Shown here: piece after piece, positions 38,268 to 51,765 of the stretch
How the letters are laid out: each line of letters opens with the position of its first letter
How positions within the stretch are numbered: position 1 is the first letter of the stretch
NCBI RefSeq assembly: GCF_030028105.1
Contig: NC_092372.1
Coordinates: 125,411,492 to 125,475,491, forward strand
Reading direction: 5' to 3'
DNA from: Mobula birostris
Taxonomy: Eukaryota
DNA length: 64,000 nt
Translations under genes and position numbers: made by a program
Notes under the pieces: generated by a model
The model's database searches: none
Told to the model about the DNA's origin: nothing
Seen by the model: only the letters and a program-made list of their open reading frames with translations

Positions 38268-41200
38268 ACATAGAACATAGAACATAGAACAGTACAGCAC
38301 AGTACAGGCCCTTTGACCCACAATGTTGTGCTGACCCTTAAACTCTGCCTCCCATAAAACCCCCCACTTTAAATTCCTCCATATACCTGTCTATAGTCTC
38401 TTAAATTTCACTAGTGTATCTGCCTCCACCACTGTCTCAGGCAGTGCATTCCATGCACCAACCACTCTCTGAGTAAAAAACCTTCCTCTAATATCCCCCT
38501 TGAACTTCCCACCCCTTACCTTAAAGCCATGTCCTCGTGTATTGAGCAGTGGTGCCCTGGGGAAGAGGCGCTGGCTGTCCACTCTATCTATTCCTCTTAA
38601 TATCTTGTATACCTCAATCACGTCTCCTCTCATCCTCCTTCTCTCCAGAGAATAAAGCCCTAGCTCCCTTAATCTCTGATCATAATCCATACTCTCTAAA
38701 CCAGGCAGCATCCTAGTAAATCTCCGCTGTACCATTTCCAACGCTTCCACAGCTTTCCTATAGTGAGGTGACCAGAACTGGACACAATACTCCAAGTGTG
38801 GCCTAACCAGAGTTTTGTAGAGCTGCACCGTTATCCCGCGACTCTTAAACTCTATCCCTCGACTTATGAAAGCTAACACTCCATAAGCTTTATGAACTAC
38901 CCTATCTACCTGTGAGGCAACTTTCAGGGATCTGTGGAGATGTACCCCTAGATCCCTCTGCTCCTCCACACTTCCAAGTATCCTGCCATTTATTTTGTAC
39001 TCTGCCTTGGAGTTTGTCCTTCCAAAGTCTATCACCTCACACTTCTCTGGGTTGAACTCAATCTGCCACTTCTCAGCCCACTTCTGCATCCTATCAATGT
39101 CCCTGTGCAATCTTTGACAATCCTCTACACTATCCACAACGCCACCAACCTTTGTGCCTTCTGCAAACTTGCCAACCCACCCTTCTACCCCCACATCCAG
39201 GTCGTTAATAAAAATCACGAGAAGTAGAGGTCCCAGAACCGATCCTTGTGGCACACCACTAGTCACAACCATCCAATCCAAATGTACTCCCTCTACCACA
39301 ACCCTCTGTTTTCTGCAGGCAAGCCAAGTCTGAACCCACCTGCCAAACTCCCCTGGATCCCATGCCTTCTGACTTTCTGAATAAGCCTACCGCGTGGAAC
39401 TTTGTCAAATGCCTTACTAAAATCCATGTAGATCACATCCACTGCACTATCCTCATCTATATGCCTGGTCATCTCCTCAAAGAACTCTATCAGGCTTGTT
39501 AGACATGATCTGCCCTTCAAAAAGCCATGTTGACTGTCCCTGATCAGACCATGATTCTATAAATGCCCATAGATCCTATCTCTAAGAATCTTTTCCAACA
39601 GCTTTCCCACCACAGACGTAAGGCTCACTGGTCTATTATTACACGGACTATCCCTACTACCTTTTTTGAACAAGGGGACAACATTCGCCTCCCTCCAATT
39701 CTCCGGTACCATTCTCATGGACAACGAGGACATAAAGATCCTAGCCAGAGGCTCAGCAATCTCTTACCTCGCCTCGTGGAGCAGCCTGGAGATTATTCCG
39801 TCAGGCCCTGGGGACTTATCCTTCCTAATGTATTTTAACAACTCTAACACTTCCTCTCCCTTAATATCAACATGCTCCAGAACATCAACCTCACTCATAT
39901 TGTCCTCACCGTCATCAAGTTCCCTCTCATTGTTGAATACCGAAGAGAAGTATTCATTGAGGACCTCGCTCACTTCCACAGCCTCCAGGCACATCTTCCC
40001 AGTGTTATCTCTAATCAGTCCTATCTTCACTCCTGTCATCCTTCTGTTCTTCATAATAATTGAAGAATGCCTTGGGGTTTTCCTTTACCCTTCTCCCCAA
40101 GACCTTCTCATGCCCCCTTCTTGCTCTCCTCAGCCCCTTCTTAAGCTCCTTTCTTGCTGCCCTATATTCCTCAATAGACTCATCTGATCCTTGCTTCCTA
40201 AACCTCTTGTATGCTGCCTTCTTCCACCTGACTAAATTCTTCACCTCACTTGTCACCCATGGTTCCTTCACCCTACCATTCCTTATCTTCCTCACCAGGA
40301 CAAATTTATCTCTAATATCCTGCAAGAGATCTCTAAACATTGACCACATGTCCATAGCACATTTCCCTGCAAAAACATCATTCCAATTCACACCCACAAG
40401 TTCTAGCCTTATAGCCTTATAATTTGTCCTTCCCCAATTAAAAATTTTCCTGTCCTCTCTGATTCTATCCTTTTCCATGATAGTGACAGGAATCCGTCCT
40501 GGACACACGTAACAAACTCTGCCCCATCTAAACCCTTGGAACTAATCAAGTGTCAATCAATATTAGGGAAGTTAAAGTCACCCATGATAACAACCCTGTT
40601 ATTTTTGCACCTTTCCAAAATCTGCCTCCCAATCTGCTCCTCGGTATCTCTGTTGCTACCAGGGGGCCTATAGAATACCCCCAATAGAGTAACTGCTCCC
40701 TTCCTGTTCCTGACTTCTACCCATATTGACTCAAAAGAGGATCCTGCTACATTACCCACCCTTTCTGTAGCTGTAATAGTATCCCTGACCAGTAATGCCA
40801 CCCCTCCTCCACTTTTTCCGCCCTCTCTATCCCTTTTAAAGCACTGAAATCCAGGAATATTGAGAATCCATTCCTGCCCTGGTGCCAGCCAAGTCTCTGT
40901 AATGGCCACTACATCATAATTCCATGTATGTATCCAAGCTTTCAATTCATCGCCTTTGTTTCAGATGCTCCTTGCATTGAAGTACACACACTTTACCCCT
41001 TCTACCTTACTGCCTTTACACCCTTTATTCTGTTTCTCTTTCCTCGAAGCCTCTTTATATGTTTGATCCGGCTTTACTCCATGCACTATACTTGCAGTTC
41101 TCGCATGACCTTTACCCTCCTCCACCTCACTCTCTGCTCTAGCACTCTGGTTCCCCTCTCCCTGCAAATCTAGTTTAAATCCCCCGGAACAGCACTAGCA

Positions 41201-42310
41201 AACCTTCCCACAAGGATGTTAGTCCCCCTCCAGTTCCCTGGACCAAGGCCCAATTGTTCAGAAACATGAAGCCCTCCCTCCCGCACCAACTCCCTAGCCA
41301 TGTATTTAGCTGCATTATCTTCCTATTTCTAGCCTCACTAGTACGTGGCACGGGTAGCAATCCTGATACTTCAACCCTGGAGGTCCTGTCCTTCAACTTT
41401 GCACCTAACTCCTTAAATTCTGTTTGCAGGACCTCCTCCTTCTTCCTATCCACGTCATTGGTCCCTACATGGACCACGACATCTGGCTGCTCACCCTCCC
41501 TCTTGAGAATACTGAGAACTCGATTTGAGATATCACGAACCCTGGCACCAGGGAGGCAACAGACCATTCGGGATTCTCGATCCCTTCCACAGAACCTCTT
41601 ATCTTTCCCCCTAACTATCGAATCCCCTATCACTACTGCTCTCCTCTTTTCCCTTCTTCCCTTCTGAGCTGAGGGTCCAGTCTCGGTGCCAGAGACGCAA
41701 CCACTGCAACTTGTCCCTGGTAGGTCATCGCCACCAACAGTATCCAAAATGGTATACTTATTATTGATGGGAATGGCCACAGGGGTGCACTGCTCATTCT
41801 GTCTATTCCCCTTCCCTCTCCTGACAGTCACCCAGCTACCTGCCTCCTGACTTTTAGGGGTGACTATCTCCCTGAAACTCCTGTCTATTTCTGCCTCTGC
41901 CTCACCAATGATCCGAAGTTCATCCAGCTCCAGCTCCAGTTCCCTAACACGGTTTGTCAGGAGCTGCTGCTGAATGCACCTTTTACAGGTGTAGTCATCA
42001 GGGATGATTGTGCTGTCCCTGACTTCCCACATACTGCAAACGGAGCACTCGACTGACCTAACTGCTGCCTCCATTACCTACTTCTAAGTTAATTAGATTA
42101 ATTAAAGGAGCTTACCCGACCTTACCTCACTGGGAGCAGGCTCGTCTTCATCCTCTGCTCGCTGAAGCCTCTCAAGCCAAAGCTTTCCTACTCTGTCTCC
42201 CACTACTCCATCTCCCGCTGCAACATCACCCGCTCCATTAATCTGCTCACTTTTTAAACTTTCCCGTTGTCTGACAGGCTGACCTTCACGCGCTTGCGCA
42301 TTCGTGCCCC
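38268..42310 (-). mobile_element. Near full-length CR1: ORF1 (Cys-rich finger, coiled coil, SGNH esterase) and ORF2 (EN-RT, broken)
   Basis: ORF1 41175-42074 with CSVC..CKRC, GDSIVRG, GTND. ORF2 pieces: YFNARSI, ITETWL, GDFNFP, GVPQGSVLGP. Internal deletion near 40485; (TTCTATG)n tail at 38268-38290. Confidence 0.93.
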
Positions 42311-42419
42311 ATTCAAACTGGTGAAGAAATTATCCTCCCTGAGACCTGTGACCTCACCCTCCCCTTCCCCACCCCAAAACCCCGACCTCAAATATAACTT
42401 CAAACACGAGAAAGTCTTC

Positions 42420-43005
42420 AGATACTGGAAATCCAAAGCAGCACACACAAAATGCTGGAAGAACTCAGCAGGTCAGGCAGCATCTGTAGAAATGAATAAA
42501 CAGTCAATGTTTCAGGCCGAGACCCTTCTTCAGGACTAGAAAGGAAGGGGGAAGATGACAGAATAAAAAGTTGAGGGGTGGGGAAGGAGGACAAGCTTGA
42601 TGATGATAGGTGAAGCCAGGTGGGTGGGAAAAATGGAAGGCTGGAGAGGAAGGAATCTGATAAGAGAAGAGAGAAGAGATAGGAGAAAGAGAAGGAGGAG
42701 GGGACCTGGGGGAGGTGATAAGCAGGTGAGAAGAGGTCAGAGTGGGAAATCAAAGAAGAGAAGGAGGGGAGAGAAAAACTCATTTACCGGAAGGAGAAAT
42801 GGATATTTATGCCATCGGGTTGGATGCTATGGAAACAAAATATAAGGTGCAGCTCCTCCACCCTGAGGGTGGCCCCATTTTGACACAAGAGGAGGCCATG
42901 GACCAATATGTCAGAACAGGACTGGGAATGGGAATTAAAATGTTTGGCCACCGGGAAGTTCTGCTTTTGGCAGATGAGGCAGATGAGGCTCGATATACCT
43001 CATAT
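42420..43005 (-). mobile_element. Penelope-like 3' fragment with hammerhead motif (42501-42538)
   Basis: Same terminal-repeat family as 12395-13437; TAGTC-CTGAAGA-AGGGTCTCGGCCT-GAAA-CATT-GACTG. Confidence 0.8.
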
Positions 43006-43339
43006 GTTTGATGCTTCATATGCATGAGACTTCACGTGTGTTTGCAGCACCTTGTACTGGTCAGGCATGGGGTCATTTCCAGATGCTGTTGTTGATCTCT
43101 GGCAAGTCGCACACTCACTGAGCGGTGGAGTCACCCATAGTTCATAATCAAGGAGAGGAGACTTCATACACTCTCCTTTCAGACTAGACTCAACCAGAAT
43201 TGGCCAAAGTTCATGCTTTCACAGGCAAGGCTTATGCTCTTTCAGAGAATTTCCTCCTTTCAGGTGTAGTTGACTATAGGCCTGCTCACTCTCATTGGCC
43301 CATGTTGTGGCCCACGTCTGTCTGAGTTTATGATGTATA

Positions 43340-46220
43340 TAACAGACCAGGATTAAAATTAAGGTGGGTGGGTTAGTTAGTTTGCAGATGATACCAAGAT
43401 TGATGGAGTTGTGGATAGTGTAGAAGACTGGCAAAGAATACAACGTGATATAGATCAGTGGAAGATATGGGCAGAGGAATGGGGTTTAACGCAGATAAAT
43501 GTGAGGTGTTGCGCCTTGGTAGGGCAAAACCATTAACAGTGTTGCTGAGCAGAGAGATCTTGGGGCTCAGGTTCATCGCTCCATGAAAGTGGTTACATAG
43601 GTCGATAAGGTGGTTAAGGCTGATGGAATGCTTTCTTTTATTAGTCGAGGCACTGAGTTCAAAAGTCAAGAAGTTATGTTGCAATTTTATACAATTCTGG
43701 TTAATTCTGGCCACATCTGGAGGCTTGCATACTGTTCCGGTCGCCCCACTATAGGAAAGGTGTTGAGGGTTTGGAGAGGATGCAGAAGAGGTTTACCAGG
43801 ATGCTGCCTGGTTTAGAGGGCATGTGCTATCACGAGAGGCTGGACAAACTTGGGTTGTTTTCCCCGGAGTGGTAGAGGGCTGATGGGAGATCTGATAGAG
43901 GTTTATATGATTCTGAGAAGCATAGACAGAGTAGAGGGGCAGTATCTTTCCCCAGGGTCGAAATGTCTAATACCAAAGAGCATACATTGAAGATGAGAGA
44001 GGGCAAGTTCAAAGGGGGTGTGAGGGGTTAACTTTTTACTCAGAGAGTAGTGGATGCCTGGAATGTGCAGCCTAGGGTGGTGAGTAGAAGCAAATACATT
44101 ACAGGGCATATGGAGGCCAAGTGGGAGGGGATGGTTAGATTGATCTCAGAGCAGGTTAATTGGTTGGAACAACATCTTGGGCCAAAGGGCCTGTACTATG
44201 CTGTAATGTTGTAAAAGAGACGATTCATTGTCATAGTCATAGTCATAGTCATACTTTATTGATCCCGGGGGAAATCGGTTTTCATTACAGTTGCACCTTA
44301 AATAATTAAATATTGATAAAATCATAAATAATTAAATAGTAATATGTAAATTATGCCAGGAAATAAGTCCAGGACCAGCCTATTGGCTCATATTGGCTCA
44401 ATATGCACATGAATATGAGGAAGCTGGAGGAATATGGACATTGTGTAGGCAGGAGAGGTTATTTTTTGTCTTTTTTTTAATTTACTTTTTAGCTGGTTCG
44501 GAACAACACTGTGGGTCAAAGGGTCTGGGTTCTATATTTGTATCTATGTTCTACCACCACCCCTGACAGGGTATTCCATGCACCCACCAATCCCTGTGTA
44601 AGAAACTTACCTCTGACATCCCCTCTGTACTTTCCTCTCATCATCTTAAAATTATGCCCACTTGTATTAGCCATTCCCATGTTAGGAAAATGTCTCTGGC
44701 TGTTCACTCAACCTATGTCTCTTATCATCTTGTACACCTCTATCAAGTCGCTTCTCATCCTCCTTCATCCCAGAGAGAAATCTGTAGCTTGCTCAACCTA
44801 TCCTCATAAGACATGCTCTCTAATCTAGGCATCATCCTGGTCAATCTCCTGCGCTCTCTCTCTAAAGGCTTCTACATCCATTCAACAATGAGGTGACCAG
44901 ATCGGAACACTATATTCCAAGTGGGATCTAACCAGGATTTTACAGAGCTGCAACATTACCTCAATCTCCTGACTAATGAAGGCCAACACACCATACACCT
45001 TCTTGACAACCCTACAAACTAACATGGCAACTTTGAGGATCTATGGACATGGATGCAAAGATTCCCCTGTTCCTCCACACTGTTAAGGATCCTGCCATTA
45101 ACCCTGTATTCTGCCTTTAAATTCAACCTTCCAGAGTAAACCACGTCTCACGTTTCTCATCTGCCACTTCTCAGCCCAGCTCTGCATCATATCAGTCCTC
45201 CATTGTAACTTTTAGCCACCTTCTGCAGTATCCATGATTCCACCAACCTTTCTGTCATTTGCAAACTGAACAACCTATGCTTCCACTTCTCCATCTAGGT
45301 CACAAGTAATCACAAAGAGCAGGGTCTCAGAACAGATCCTTGTGGAACACCATTGGTCACCGATCTCCAGGCAGAAAACTCTCAGTCTACAACCCACGCT
45401 GTCTTCTGTAAACAAACCAATTCTGTATCTACACGGCCAAGTTTCCCTGGATCCCAGGCCTTCTGACTTATGGAATGAGCCTACCATGGGGAACCTCAAC
45501 AAACACCTTACTAAAATCCATATACACCACATCCACTGCTCTACCTTTGTCAATGTGCTTTGTCACATCCTCAAAGAATTCAATCAGGCTCGTGAGACAT
45601 GACCTGACCCTTACAAAGCCATGCTAATGCTCCCTAATTAGACTATGCTTCTCCAAATGCTCGTAAAACCTGTCTTTAAAAATCTTCTCCAATAATTTGC
45701 CCACCACTGAAGTAAGACTCACTGATCTATAATTCCCAGGGTTATCCAGACTCCCGTTCTCGAACAAACAAATAACATTTACCACTCTCCAATCACCTAG
45801 TACTAGTCCAGTCATCATCATAGCTTGTCACACCAGACAGTCAGCCACTCTAGTGTTGTTGAGTAGTTCAGTGTCAGCTAAATCAGGTGAGAGTAGGCAG
45901 TTGTGCAGAACGTGTTCAACGTTCTGCACCCTTTCACCACACTCATAGGATTCGCTGGTCTTTAAACCCCACTTCACCATATTGTCTCCCGTCCTACAAA
46001 CTCCCACTCTCGCTCTGTTGAGTGTCCAGTGACCAGTGAGAATGCAAAGATCATCACCAACAGTGCAGCTGTCTCTTCCCTCACTTCCCGTAGTAACCTG
46101 GGGTATATACTTTCCAAGTCCCGAGAATTTATCTATCTTAATTTTTTTCAAAAGTTCCTGCACATCTCGTTTCTCAATGCTGCCATCTTCTAGAACTTCA
46201 AATTATATTCCCGAATGACA
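43340..46220. mobile_element. Two decayed CR1 fragments: + strand about 43340-44210, - strand about 44530-46220
   Basis: KFADDT, PGNYRSVSLTSVVGKLLE and CR1 3'-end motifs in broken frames. Confidence 0.8.
45813..46023 (-). mobile_element. 211-bp 5'-truncated non-LTR insertion (Ingi/Vingi-like C-terminus) inside a CR1
   Basis: TLNRARVGVCRTGDNMVKWG....ECGERVQNVEHVLHNC; (TGA)n tail; 7-bp TSD GTCCAGT at 45806-45812 and 46024-46030. The insertion is well supported, the clade is tentative. Confidence 0.6.
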
Positions 46221-47706
46221 GAAATATTTCAAAACAGCTTGAAGATTTTAAATTCAGGGATAGGTTGTATTTTTGTTAGCTATTTTGTGGGTAGGACCTT
46301 GTTCTGGCTGCTCCAGATGACGGGATTAACATGTACATCTTGCCAGTGTACTGGGCCTCATGATTAGCAGTGGGGGTTATCACTTAGCAACGAGTTGATA
46401 GACACATAAACAATTTTCCAGTAGGTCAGCAGTGGATGTGGATGTCTTGATGATGGCAGGAATTTCTGGCACAACAACCCTGGGAGGTTGCACATTGAAT
46501 ATTTACTGACTTCCCTGACGCGCTTGTTGCTTTCCACAGTGGATCCTGAGAATGAAACTCCCTCCTTAAATTGCTGCAGTTAATAAACTCTCCTTTAATG
46601 GTGGCTCTTCTTACTTTTTATAAAGGATAGGAAACACATAAAGTGAAGGCCCTAGATACAAGATCACACTTCCTTGTCCAAGGCAGCTAACTGTTACAGA
46701 AAAATAATGCAGAAAGGAAAGTGGCAGATGATGAGTTTCAATATTGGCTTTCTGTGAACCTCTGGGTCTGATGGTCTAATGAACAGAGGGGAGTGCCGTG
46801 CACATTTGGACATCACTTCAGGGGTTTTCACTGTGACCCAGTGAGAGACGTGTGGGTTGTTAGATTGATTTTCCCATTGTAAACATGCTCCTAGGATGTA
46901 GTTGTGTGGATGAACCTTGGAGGGGAGGCGGGGTAGATAGAGGAGGGGATTAATGAGTGTGCGGGGAGAATTAAACACATGGGATTGATGTAAATAGTAG
47001 CTGATGTTTGTATTGAACTCAGTGGGTCTAGAAAAGCTTTACTCTAGTACTGCACCATTGAATATGGAGCATAATGTGATAATGACCATTTCTGAGTTGC
47101 TTTGATTCCCGGAGGAAAATTCAGACAAGTACTTTCTAGTGACAGTCGCACTAGTGATAGACACACTTACATGTCAGATTCCTTGTCACATGCACCATTT
47201 CTGACTTTTTGATACTTTGAAGTCTTTGCTGGAGAAATTGGACATTTTGGGAGCTCCTGGAGTCGCATCCAAACAGCTTCAGGAAAGCATGGGGGAAATT
47301 AAAGCAAAGATACATTGTTTCAGAAAGAAATCTTTCATCAGCCTCGTTTTCCTTTTTTTGCATTTAGTTAAAAAGACAGATGCGTTGGGAAGATGTGCAG
47401 GGTAGCACAACGCTCTTCAGTACCAGCAACCCAGGTTTGATTCCCGCCACACTCTGAAGACATACTGTTTTCAGGTTAACTGGTCTCTGTAAAGTGTCCC
47501 GTGATTACACTGGGATTAAATTGGGGGATTGCTGGGTGGGGCAGCTCGAAGGGTGGGAAGGGCCTACTCTGCTCTGTACCTCAGTAAACAAATAAATAAA
47601 TAACGATAATGTGAGGATTAAGAAGAGCCATCTGTGATTGACGGGACAAATAGTGGTGTCCTAGCTACAGTTTATTTTGAGCTGGAAGTCCTCTCAACCC
47701 TTGCTC

Positions 47707-47716
47707 CCTTATTTGG
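47707..47716 (+). promoter_or_regulatory. CArG box (SRF site) in the APOBEC2 proximal promoter
   Basis: CCTTATTTGG is a perfect CC(A/T)6GG, 98 nt upstream of the ATG; E-box CATCTG near 47629. Confidence 0.6.
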
Positions 47717-47813
47717 TGGGTGAGGCATTTTAATGCTGCAGGGATTTCTCTCCTGCTCAGTGAAGAGCTTGCCGTCAGACAGTGCACATCCCACTGGCCT
47801 GTACTGTCTAGAC

Positions 47814-47926
47814 ATGGCCGAAAACAAGACTGAAGCAGCAAATGAGGAAGTTGACAATAAGGACAAAGTAGAGGGCAAAGAAAATGCTGAAGTCGTCGAC
47901 CTGGGGCCTTTTGAAATCGTCATCGG
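47814..47926 (+). CDS. APOBEC2: APOBEC2 coding exon 1
   Basis: gacATGG start; MAENKTEAANEEVDNKDKVEGKENAEVVDLGPFEIVIG resembles the acidic N-terminus ending LPPFEIVTG of mammalian APOBEC2; donor GG|GTGAGT, phase 2, in frame with exon 2. Confidence 0.88.
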
Positions 47927-49875
47927 GTGAGTGTCAAGCTGCTTTCCACAAAGTGGTGGCATGTTAGTGAGGAAGGAAAACGTAGATATAAATTTGACAA
48001 AAATGTCTCTAAAGGTTGAATATCTAATTTTTCCATGCTGATAAAGGGATTAATACAATATTTATCAGACATAGATTCACACAGGGCAAGAAACCTTCCA
48101 CTGAGTCTGCACTAATCATCAAGCACTAATCCCATTTCATCCTCTCCACATTCCTGACAAACCCCCTCAGACCTGCTCACTCATCAACATGCCGGGGACG
48201 ATCTACAGAGGCAAATTAATATACCAACATGCATGTCTTAGAGCAGTGCGAGGAAACTGGAGAACTCTCAGGAAACCCATCGCCATGAGGAGGACTTGCG
48301 GGCTCAGTCTATATAGCACCTGAAGTCAGCATTGAACCTGGGCCACTGGGGAGCTGTAAGACACAGCAAGCAGTTTTACCACTGTGTCGTTCCATCTATG
48401 CTCCACAAAACTCATCACAAGAGAAAAACCTGATCTAAGATGAAGAAGCTACAGGGAAAGTTAATCAGTCACGAGCAAAAAGCAGAATCTATTTCAGAGA
48501 GTGATATGTGTAATTAAATGGAGTATGACAAGCTCATGTTAAAAAACATTGCAGTCGTCGTATTCAGTGGCCTGGTTAGTGGACAGTCCAATTTGCCTTC
48601 TACTTCAGCACAGATAGTAACTGAATTAAAACAACTTAATACTTTCATTCACTGATGACAGCAGCCTCAAAGTACTGTATCTTCATATGTCTATGAGTTC
48701 AAACTTCTGGACGCTATTATTTTTTGTCTCAGTAGGCGAAGATTGGTTTATTGAGTATGCACAGCCAGCACACAGCTTTCCCTTCCAGAAGCTCTTATAA
48801 GGAAATTTTGGACATGCTGCCTCATAATTTAACAGTCTGTGACGGACATCACATCTGTAGTGTTCTCATAGATGTTGCCAATTAGAGATTCACGGCAGGA
48901 CGTATATTCTGGAAAAATTGCCTTCATAGAATATATCTAATAAATAAATCTGTAGTGTTGCATTTGTGCAAAGTGTGTACAAATATGAGTATATCTGAGT
49001 GTGTGTGTATATATATATAGATAGATAAATAGCTATAGATAGATAGTGTATAATATATATTTTCCACAAAATAATAAATCCTATCTTAAGAACTTCAGGG
49101 TATTTATGATAAGTGTGATTATAAATATATAAAGATGAAAAGGCTATTTGTGTGGAATCCAATACATGTTTAATTAGATATAAATGTACGCACCAAGAAC
49201 AGAGGTTCTTCCCTGCTTTTTCACAAACTTAATAAATCTAGAAGATCAGCAATACAGTCTTCAGCTGACTTGCAGACTTTGGGCAAAATTCTTCATCTAC
49301 TAAATAGGCCAGTTTTTGACTTACTTCTAAAGTAAAACACAATGAAGATGGTGGAAATTTGAAAGGAAAAGATTTTTGTACCTCAGTTTCAGCAATGTGT
49401 TTTTTTCCTTCCTCTGTAAATCATTCATCTCCTATTTATATTACAGACAGATTAACTACATCAGCAAACCTTTACCACCCCCTCTCAGCCTGCAGCAAAA
49501 CCAACTGTGCATTCGGTCGCTGCCTTCTCACAAACATTCTCTTTGCTCTCTCCACCCCTCCAATTTAAACGGTTTTAAACTTTTCCAAGCTTTGATAAAG
49601 GGTTCATCAAATATTGACTTTATTTCTCTCTCCACAAAGGCTGCATAATCTGCTGTGCACTTTTTGAAATGTTCTCTTTTAATCAACAATTATCCCTATT
49701 ATTTATCAGGATTAATGTCTTCTTTAATTTACTTCCACAGGGATAGCGACAAAATTTGTAGATAAACAAGGATGCATAGATTCAGTTGCTAGGGGTGTGA
49801 GTAGGGTGCTAAGTGGTCTATGAAATTTCAGAATGTTCTGGAATTATTAAAATGCATTCAATGTGATTATAACTA

Positions 49876-50550
49876 ATTAGATTAGATTATGAGGACACTC
49901 TGTCCTCGCTAATTGTTACTTAGTAATGCATGCATTGAGAAATGATACAGTGTTCCTCCAGTATGATATCATAGAAACACAAGACAGACCAAGACTAAAA
50001 CTGCCAAAAATCATATAATTATAACATATAGTTACAACAGTGCAAAGCAATACCGTAATTTGATAAAGACCAGATCGTGGGCACAGTAAAAAAAGTCTCA
50101 AAGTCCCGATAACCCCATCATCTCACGCAGATGGTAGAAGGGAGAAACTCTCTCTCTGCCATGAACCTCCAAGCACCGCAAACTTGCCGATGCAGCACCC
50201 TGGAAGCACCTGACCGCAGCGGACTCTGAGTCCGTCCGAAAGCTTCGAGCCTCTGACCAGCCCTCCAACACCGAGCACCGAGCACCATCTCTGCCGAGCG
50301 CTTCGACCCGGACCCCAGCCACCAAGCAACAGGCAAAGCCGAGGATTTGGGGCCTTCCCCTCCGGAGATTCTCAATCGCACAGTAGCAGCGGCAGCGAAA
50401 CAGGCATTTCAGAAGTTTCACCAGATGTTCCTCTGTGCTTCTCACGTCCATCTCCATCAAATGAGGATTGTGCACGGTGTCCTACTTGACAGATTACAGA
50501 TATTCATTCCGGAGTGGCCGCTGCGTGCTGCATCGCGCCGCCATCTTCTC
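49876..50550 (-). mobile_element. Second copy of the about 660-bp non-autonomous element, in APOBEC2 intron 1
   Basis: Colinear with 11705-12372; AAGATGGCGGC at 50537-50547 (minus); (TCTAA)n tail. Confidence 0.7.
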
Positions 50551-51765
50551 TTCTCTTCAATTATAGTTGAAGGATTGTTTCCATGTGTTTATAATAAGGC
50601 AGGAAATTTAATGAACACTGGAAATTTTGGTTATCTGATGAGTTAAAAAGACTGGTTGCTCATGTTAGTGAAATTAATTGAATTGACCTTATTCCATACA
50701 TCTTTCACATACATGAGGAGTAAAAATCTTTAGTTACGTCTCCGTCTAAATATGCACTGTGCAATCATAGCAATTTATAATAATTTATAATAAATAGAAC
50801 AGTCAATGGAACATAGAAATGCACTCATATCAGCATGAGTTAATCAGTTTGATGGCCTGGTGGAAGAAGCTGTCCCGGAGACTGTTAGTCCTGGTATTTA
50901 TGCTGCAGTACCGTTTCCCAGATGGTAGCAGCTGGAACAGTTTGTGGTTGGGGTGACTCGGGTCCCCAATGATCCTATAGGCCCTTTTTACACACCTGTC
51001 TTTGTAAATGTCCTGAATCATGGGAACATATATGTCATGTGGGTCTTATTGTTAGTGAAATAAGCCTGGGATAATATTCCAGAAAGAATAATCTTCAGAT
51101 GTATTAGTGGGTTCAGTCTTTTGCTTTAATAATAATAAACATATTTTGTTGAGAGAGATCTCACACACAAAAAATATCACAGCTCAGCGACCATTAACTT
51201 TTCAGATTTACACAAGCAGCCAGTCCAGAGTGTGATGTCCATGCAGTTTATAAGATTGTTATTTCAACCCTTTTCACTGTCATTCATCACTTCCACTATG
51301 AACTGTGAACGGCAGTACTGCTGGACAGAAAAGGCAAACCAAGAGCACTTTACTCGTTCCATATGAACGTGTTAATGGTAAATGGAAACATAAAGTAAAA
51401 CTGCAGATGCTGGAAATATGAAACATAATACAAAATGCTAGAAACAATCAGCACATCAGGCAGCATCTCCAGAAAGTCATTTTGTTTATGTTAAAGACAA
51501 ATCTTTTTAATTAAGTTGATTGAGCTCTTTGGCAAGGAGGTCTAAGGTAGTGAGGTTGATGCTTATTACTATTTGAAAGTACTTGATAAAATGTCACACA
51601 GGAGGCTGAAGATGACTGCAGAATTAAGGGAAAGGTGACTGAATGGATTCTGATTTGGTCTAGATCAGGGGTTCCCACCCATTTTATGCCATGGAATTGT
51701 GAACTCCAGGCTAGGAGCCCCTGATCTAGATGGTCAAAAGCAAATGTAGAGACACAACAGTTAAT

